From a virus (lineage: Duplodnaviria > Caudoviricetes), in the IMG/VR virus record IMGVR_UViG_3300045999_002215, positions 1 to 58,591 of that record: a stretch of 58,591 bases of DNA; one strand, written 5' to 3'. Within the stretch, counting starts at the first letter, position 1. Every line of letters starts with the position of its first letter. The notes beneath the pieces are model-generated. The model saw only the letters and a list, made by a program, of their open reading frames with translations, made no database searches and was not told the origin of the DNA. Shown here piece by piece: positions 52,941 to 58,591 of this stretch. Position numbers and translations under genes: made by a program.

Positions 52941-54508
52941 CCGCTCTGCCCAGCCCCGAGGTGATGTTGGACATGATCCGCAACGAGAAGGAGCGCAGAG
53001 CCGCTTCTGCCTCGTTGTATGAGTTCGTGCGGCAAGCGTGGCATGTGGTGGAGCCTGGCGTCCCGTTCATCCCCTCGTGGCACATCCGGGAGATCTGTGA
53101 GCACCTTGAAGCTGTGAGCGCCGGTGAGATACACCGCCTGCTCGTTAACATCCCGCCTCGCCACTCCAAGTCGACCATCGTCAGCGTCATGTGGCCGATG
53201 TGGGAGTGGCTGACAGACCCTGCTCAGAAGTTTCTGGCCGCGTCCTACTCAGGCAACCTGTCCATTCGTGACAACTTGAAAGCCCGACGCCTCATTCAAT
53301 CGCCCTGGTATCAAGAGCGTTGGGGGCAGATGTTCAAGCTGGCAGGCGACCAGAACGCCAAGCAGCGATTCGAGAACGACAAGACCGGCTACCGGCTCGC
53401 GACGTCGGTGGGTGGTACGGCAACGGGTGAAGGCGGCTCGCGCCTCATCCTGGACGACCCTCACGGCGCGCAGGACGCGCAGTCAGAGGCGATGCGCGAG
53501 TCTGCCCTTGAGTGGTTCGATCAAGTCTGGTCAACCCGACTCAACAACCCGAAGACCGACGCCATGGTCACGGTCATGCAGCGTCTGCACGAGCGGGACA
53601 TTAGCGGGCACATCATCGAGGACATCGGCGGCTGGGAGCACGTCTGCATCCCCGCCGAGTGGGACGGTAAGCGCCGCCATACCGTGCTGGGTCCGTACGA
53701 CCCGCGCAAGAAGATCGGTGAGCTGATTTGCCCCGAGCGGTTCGGTGACAAAGAGATCACCGCTCTCAAGCAGCTGCTCGGCGAGTACGGCACAGCAGGC
53801 CAGCTGCAGCAGGACCCCACCCCGACTGGCGGCGGTATTCTCAAGACCGTTCACTTCCAGCTGTGGCCTGCTGACAAGGGTCTGCCTCAGTTTGAATACA
53901 TCCTCCAGTCCTACGACTGCGCGTTCACCGAGAAGACGACCGGCGACCCCACTGCCTGCTCGGTATGGGCCATCTTCACGCACAACGGCGAGCGCAACGC
54001 GATGCTCATCGACGCGTGGGACGAGCACCTGTCCTACCCAGACCTGCGCACTCGCGCCATCAAGGAGTGGGGCACGGAGTACGGAGGCACCACAGTCAAA
54101 GACGGCATCCGCCGTCCGCGTCGTCCGGACCGCATCCTGGTCGAAGCCAAGGCCAGCGGACAATCGCTGCTGCAAGATTTGCGCTTGGCGAAAGTGCCTG
54201 CCGTCGGCTATAACCCTGGCATGGCCGACAAGGTGAGCCGCGCACACCAAGCCGCGCCGACCTTGGAGCTGGGTCTGTTGTGGGTGCCAGAGAGTGGGAA
54301 GAACCGGGGACAAGCGGTGAGCTGGGCGCAGCCGTTCATCAAGCAGCTGACCAAGTTCCCGGTAGCAGAGCATGACGACTACGTAGACACGTTCACTCAG
54401 GCAATCCTGTTCCTGAAGAACGACGGATGGTTTGAACTGCCGCAGGCTCGCGACCGTGATGAGCCCAAGCAGTATAAGCGCGAGAGGGTGAACCCATATG
54501 CCGTCTAA
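52937..54508 (+). CDS. terL: Terminase large subunit
   Basis: 'NIPPRHSKS', Walker B 'LILDDPH', 'MQRLH', nuclease 'SYDCA', 'HDDYVD'. Confidence 0.93.
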   Translation: MTALPSPEVMLDMIRNEKERRAASASLYEFVRQAWHVVEPGVPFIPSWHIREICEHLEAVSAGEIHRLLVNIPPRHSKSTIVSVMWPMWEWLTDPAQKFLAASYSGNLSIRDNLKARRLIQSPWYQERWGQMFKLAGDQNAKQRFENDKTGYRLATSVGGTATGEGGSRLILDDPHGAQDAQSEAMRESALEWFDQVWSTRLNNPKTDAMVTVMQRLHERDISGHIIEDIGGWEHVCIPAEWDGKRRHTVLGPYDPRKKIGELICPERFGDKEITALKQLLGEYGTAGQLQQDPTPTGGGILKTVHFQLWPADKGLPQFEYILQSYDCAFTEKTTGDPTACSVWAIFTHNGERNAMLIDAWDEHLSYPDLRTRAIKEWGTEYGGTTVKDGIRRPRRPDRILVEAKASGQSLLQDLRLAKVPAVGYNPGMADKVSRAHQAAPTLELGLLWVPESGKNRGQAVSWAQPFIKQLTKFPVAEHDDYVDTFTQAILFLKNDGWFELPQARDRDEPKQYKRERVNPYAV

Positions 54509-54665
54509 AGAGAAGCCCGTCTGGGACAAGAAGCGTCCGAAGTCTCTTGGCGAGAGCAAACCGCTCTCCGACGCCAAGAAGGCCACCGCCAAGAGCATGG
54601 CTGAGAAGGCCGGTCGCCCTTACCCCAACCTCGTTGACAACATGCGAGCCGCGAGGAAGAAATGA
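54498..54665 (+). CDS. Small basic protein (55 aa)
   Basis: MPSKEKPVWDKKRPK...AGRPYPNLVDNMRAARKK; overlaps both neighbours; not in the ORF track. Confidence 0.65.
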   Translation: MPSKEKPVWDKKRPKSLGESKPLSDAKKATAKSMAEKAGRPYPNLVDNMRAARKK

Positions 54666-57223
54666 TCGACAAGGACAGCCTGCCCCTTGACAAGCCGCGA
54701 CGCACACCCGACCACCCGACCAAGTCGCACGTGGTTAAGACGCGCGTCGACGGCAAAGAGAAGATCATTCGCTTCGGGGAGCAGGGTGCCAGCACGGCAG
54801 GTAAGCCCAAGGCTGGCGAGTCCGACCGCATGAAGCAGAAGCGCGCCTCGTTCAAGGCTCGCCACGCAAAGAACATCGCCAAGGGTAAGAGCAGCCCTGC
54901 CTACTGGGCCAACAAGGTCAAGTGGAAGACTGGGGGCGCGGTGGGGCTTGAGGCACTGGACGAGAAGTACGAGGGCATCAAGAAGCCCGACTTCGCGCTG
55001 CTTGACTCATTCAAAGATCTCATCAGGACGCTGCAGAGCAAAGCTGCAGACGCTGGTGAACAAGAGTTTGACGCGGTGCGCGCGCTAGGGCGTAGCGGTG
55101 CCGGGAGCAGCTTGGAAGATCTTTACGAGACTTACACTGGGGAGACCGCGCCACACGCAGCAAGAGCTGAGGCAAAGGGCAACGTCAACCCTGACCGCGC
55201 CAAGTCGGCTAAGATGGTGTTTGACTCTTTCAAGAACGCTGGGTTCTCCGACGCTCAAGCTCGTGCGCTTACGGCTGAGATCAACCGCGAGAACGTCTTC
55301 AACCCGAAGTACCTGTACGGCACGCACACCGACGCCGCAAACCGCGCAACCAACGTGGGTATGCTGAGCTGGCAGGGTGGCCGGGCCAATCGCCTGCTCT
55401 CGTTCATGGCTGACCGAGGGTTGGTTGACGCTGCCGGGGGTATTCTGCCGGGGCAGGACGCCTTGAACGCGCAGGCTGAGTACCTGCGTTGGGAGATGGA
55501 GAACGATCCGAGCTACGCCAAGACCCGTGAGACGTTCTTGAGCAACCCTGACATCGACTCGGCCACAGCTCACGACATCTTAGGCAAGAACTTCATCCGC
55601 TGGCGCATTGATGACCCCAAGTATCGGGGTAGCGGCTTTGAGCGCATCGGCGAAGGCTATGACATCCTCAACATGGCTCAAGGCTACAAAGAGGGTGGCA
55701 AGGTCAAGAAGGATGAGCTGGCCGAGGCTGAGCGTCTGCGCGACCTTCAGCTGATGGCTGAGGAGCAGAACCCCAACGCTGTCGCACCGCGCAAGCCGAG
55801 CATTGCCGACCTGCCCGGAGGCATCTCCGAGCGTCTGGCGCTGATCAACAAGTACCTTAACCCGGTTGAAGCGATCGGCGAATCTATGCGCGCTGGGTCT
55901 CGTTTGACGTCTGCGGATGCGTCTGGGTACGACCGCTTGGCTGCCTTGGGCGACATGCTCTCGGGCGTCGCTGGTGTTGCTGGCCCTGCAGCCATTGCCA
56001 AGCGTGTGGGCGCACCAGCTGCCACGGCTCTGATGGAAAGCCTGCTCGGGGCATCGCCCACCAGCGAGGCTGTGGCCGACATGGCTCGCAAGTATGCCGT
56101 CGATGAGTATGGCGGCGTGCCTGTCGGAAGAGGTGCGGGTCTTGATGTATCACGACGTGACGCATCAAACATTTTTGGTGAAGGCTCTGAGCGGGTCAGA
56201 TACACCGATCCGCGAAGCGGCGGCACCATTGAGGTTGTCGTGCGACCAGATGGCAGCGCATCGGTCCTTGAGTTGGAGGTGCCAGAGGCATCTCGCGGCC
56301 AAGGCATAGGCCAGGCGCTGCAAGAGCGCGTGATGCAAGACTTCCCGGTAATGGGCGGTCAGGTGTCGTCCAAAGCAGCAGCAACGACAGCATATCGCCT
56401 TGGGCGCAGGCCGCCGGGCAAGCCAGACGCGACCCTTGAAGAAGTATTCGCAGACATCGATGACATGTCATCCGTCAACATGGTTTCTCCAAGAATGCAG
56501 GAGCGACTTGCGCCATCAGCGCCTGCTGCCAACGCAGCACCATTCGGTAAAGACTGGTCGGATGTTTACCACTGGTCCAGATCGCCTGATGACTTCTCGG
56601 AGTTTGACTTGAGCCAGTCGAAGTCGGCCATGAGCCAGCTCGGCCCGCATGTCGGGACGCCGCAAGCTGCCGAGGCACGCTACATGGGCTTTGCAAAGCC
56701 TGAGGGCGTGCCGCCAGCCATGGGCTTCACGCTCCCGATGAAGGCTGACTTGTCCAAGCCGTTCATGAATCCCGCAACTGGAAAACCTTGGACAGAGATG
56801 GAACTAGAGATGTTTATCTCTGACGTGGCGGATGAGAACGGTGTTGAGCGTCGCCTCATCGCGCCGATCATGCGAGAGCGTCTCGCAAAAGAGGGCTACA
56901 CCTCTATACCGTACTTGAACGATGTTGAGGACGCGGGGAGTGTCAGCAACATCATGCTGGCTGATCGTCCGGCAGGCAGCGACGCCGTCTTGCGCTCGCG
57001 CTTTGCCAAGTTTGACCCGGCGATGCGCGCCTCAAAAAACATCAGCGCAGGCGCGGCTGTCGGGGCTGCGGGCCTTGGCGCATCTCAGTACGATCCGGAC
57101 GCAATCGAAGCCCGCGTCAGCAAGGCTGGCAAAAATGAGTTTGCGGCTGGCGGCGCTGTCAAATACGATCCCGCTGCAGTAGACAGCATCATCAACAAAC
57201 TTCGCGAGGTCAATCGTGGCTGA
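54662..57223 (+). CDS. Multidomain polyvalent protein: basic N-domain, tail-lysozyme-like, GNAT-like, ART-like
   Basis: 'GFSDAQARALTAEINRENVFNP..GMLSWQG.R..AQAEYL..EM'; 'LEVPEASRGQGIGQAL'; 'VYH..FSEFD..L.KEGY..I.Y.N..E..LRSRFAKFDP'. Confidence 0.6.
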   Translation: MIDKDSLPLDKPRRTPDHPTKSHVVKTRVDGKEKIIRFGEQGASTAGKPKAGESDRMKQKRASFKARHAKNIAKGKSSPAYWANKVKWKTGGAVGLEALDEKYEGIKKPDFALLDSFKDLIRTLQSKAADAGEQEFDAVRALGRSGAGSSLEDLYETYTGETAPHAARAEAKGNVNPDRAKSAKMVFDSFKNAGFSDAQARALTAEINRENVFNPKYLYGTHTDAANRATNVGMLSWQGGRANRLLSFMADRGLVDAAGGILPGQDALNAQAEYLRWEMENDPSYAKTRETFLSNPDIDSATAHDILGKNFIRWRIDDPKYRGSGFERIGEGYDILNMAQGYKEGGKVKKDELAEAERLRDLQLMAEEQNPNAVAPRKPSIADLPGGISERLALINKYLNPVEAIGESMRAGSRLTSADASGYDRLAALGDMLSGVAGVAGPAAIAKRVGAPAATALMESLLGASPTSEAVADMARKYAVDEYGGVPVGRGAGLDVSRRDASNIFGEGSERVRYTDPRSGGTIEVVVRPDGSASVLELEVPEASRGQGIGQALQERVMQDFPVMGGQVSSKAAATTAYRLGRRPPGKPDATLEEVFADIDDMSSVNMVSPRMQERLAPSAPAANAAPFGKDWSDVYHWSRSPDDFSEFDLSQSKSAMSQLGPHVGTPQAAEARYMGFAKPEGVPPAMGFTLPMKADLSKPFMNPATGKPWTEMELEMFISDVADENGVERRLIAPIMRERLAKEGYTSIPYLNDVEDAGSVSNIMLADRPAGSDAVLRSRFAKFDPAMRASKNISAGAAVGAAGLGASQYDPDAIEARVSKAGKNEFAAGGAVKYDPAAVDSIINKLREVNRG

Positions 57224-58591
57224 TATGGATGAAAACGACGACCTGCTTGAAGGCGAGATGGTCGAGCTGATGGACGAGACCTCCGAGGTCGAGGACACCG
57301 AGGACGGTGGCGCTATCATTCGTCTTGAGAACGAAGAGGACGAGCGCAAGAGCCTTGAGCACTTCGCCAACATCGTTGACGAGGTTGACCCCACGCAGCT
57401 CAAGACGGCTGTTCAAGACCTGCTTGAGAAGATCGACCGCGACAAAGAAGCTCGCGAAAAGCGCGACAAGCTCTACGAGGAAGGCTTGCGCCGCACCGGC
57501 CTAGGCGACGACGCTCCCGGTGGCGCGCAGTTCAACGGCGCGAACAAGGTCGTACACCCGATGCTGGTTGAGGCATGTGTTGACTTCTCCGCACGGTTCA
57601 TGAAGGAGGTGTTCCCTCCTACCGGCCCCGTCAAGAGCAAGATCTACGGCGAGTCGGACAAGGCCAAGGTAGAGAAGGCTCAGCGCAAGACCACGTTCAT
57701 GAACTGGCAGGCCACTGAGCAGATGACCGAGTTCCGTGGTGAGCTTGAGCAGCTCAGCACCCAGCTACCCCTCGGCGGTGGCCAGTACATGAAGTTCATG
57801 TGGAACCCGCAGCACCGTCGTCCGTGCAGCGAGTTCATCCCGATCGACGACGTGTACCTGCCGTTCGCCGCGACGAACTTCTACACCGCCGAGCGCAAGA
57901 CGCACGTTCAGTACATCACCAAGATGGAGTATCAGAAGCGCGTCAAGTCGGGCATGTACCGCGACGTTGACATCGGCATGCCTGAAGACCCGGACTTCAG
58001 CAAGGCCAGCCAAGCCAACGACAAGATTGAAGGCCGCAAGGCGACCAGCTACAACGAGGACGGTCTGCGTACCGTCTTTGAGGTCTACACCTACCTTGAG
58101 TTTGATGACGGCGAACTGAGCCCGTACATCCTGAGCGTTGACAAGTCGAGCGGTCAGGCGCTGTCGCTTTACCGCAACTGGGAACCCGAGGACACGTACC
58201 GCAAGGAACTTGACTGGATTGTTGAGTTCCCGTTCGTGCCGTGGCGCGGGGCATACCCGATCGGCCTGACGCACATGATCGGCGGTCTGAGCGGTGCGGC
58301 CACTGGCGCACTCCGCGCGCTGATGGACTCCGCTCACATTCAGAACATGCCCACCCTGCTCAAGCTGAAGGGCGGGCCTAACGGCCAAACAATCAACCTG
58401 CAGCCGACCGAGGTCGTAGAGATGGAGGGTGGCGCGCTGATCGACGACGTGCGCAAGCTCGCTATGCCTATGCCGTTCAACCCGCCGAGCCCGGTGCTGT
58501 TCCAGCTCTTGGGCTTCTTAGTTGACGCGGGTAAGGGTGTGGTGCAGACCTCGTTTGAGAAGCTGTCGGACCAGAACCCCAACCAGCCGGT
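57216..58591 (+). CDS. Portal protein, N-terminal part (open at the window end, joins 1-1247)
   Basis: GAGGT RBS before GTG 57216; 'HPMLVEACVDF', 'FPPTGPVK', 'YPIGLTHMIGGL'. Absent from the ORF track because there is no stop in the window. Confidence 0.85.
   Translation, partial: MADMDENDDLLEGEMVELMDETSEVEDTEDGGAIIRLENEEDERKSLEHFANIVDEVDPTQLKTAVQDLLEKIDRDKEAREKRDKLYEEGLRRTGLGDDAPGGAQFNGANKVVHPMLVEACVDFSARFMKEVFPPTGPVKSKIYGESDKAKVEKAQRKTTFMNWQATEQMTEFRGELEQLSTQLPLGGGQYMKFMWNPQHRRPCSEFIPIDDVYLPFAATNFYTAERKTHVQYITKMEYQKRVKSGMYRDVDIGMPEDPDFSKASQANDKIEGRKATSYNEDGLRTVFEVYTYLEFDDGELSPYILSVDKSSGQALSLYRNWEPEDTYRKELDWIVEFPFVPWRGAYPIGLTHMIGGLSGAATGALRALMDSAHIQNMPTLLKLKGGPNGQTINLQPTEVVEMEGGALIDDVRKLAMPMPFNPPSPVLFQLLGFLVDAGKGVVQTSFEKLSDQNPNQP
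58466..58591. repeat. Terminal overlap, identical to 2-127
   Basis: Direct sequence comparison. Confidence 0.95.

Noticed and set aside
1-58591. Stop-codon reassignment or tRNA genes
   Set aside because: Genes tile densely in the standard code with full-length products, and I saw no cloverleaf in the short intergenic gaps (tRNAscan was not run).

Overview
The window appears to be a complete, circularly assembled tailed dsDNA phage genome of about 58,464 bp. Bases 2-127 repeat exactly at 58466-58591, and the portal gene is split across the ends. The + strand arm runs 44934 -> end -> 31131 and carries small early genes, a repeat-rich origin-like region, TerS, TerL, a multidomain 'polyvalent' protein, a P22-like portal, GroES, scaffold, a Mu-gpT-like major capsid protein, tail fibres, a lysis/envelope cassette with a Tad2-like sponge and GH19 endolysin, podovirus-type tail proteins and four ejection proteins. 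The - strand arm (44759 -> 31181) carries helicase, primase-helicase, a thymidine-hypermodification cluster, a family-B-like DNA polymerase and recombination genes. I saw no integrase, RNA polymerase, tRNA or CRISPR array. Most notable: (i) a full 5-hmdU hypermodification pathway with a detached PLP enzyme and no radical-SAM or flavin enzyme; (ii) a recurring [YFWM]-[AKR]-x-G-G motif at module boundaries of probable capsid-internal proteins, including a lysozyme/GNAT/ART-like polyvalent protein; (iii) a stand-alone copy of the primase-helicase C-terminal domain beside iteron-like repeats; (iv) a double-pseudoknot RNA downstream of the capsid gene. All family assignments come from motif recognition by eye, not database searches.
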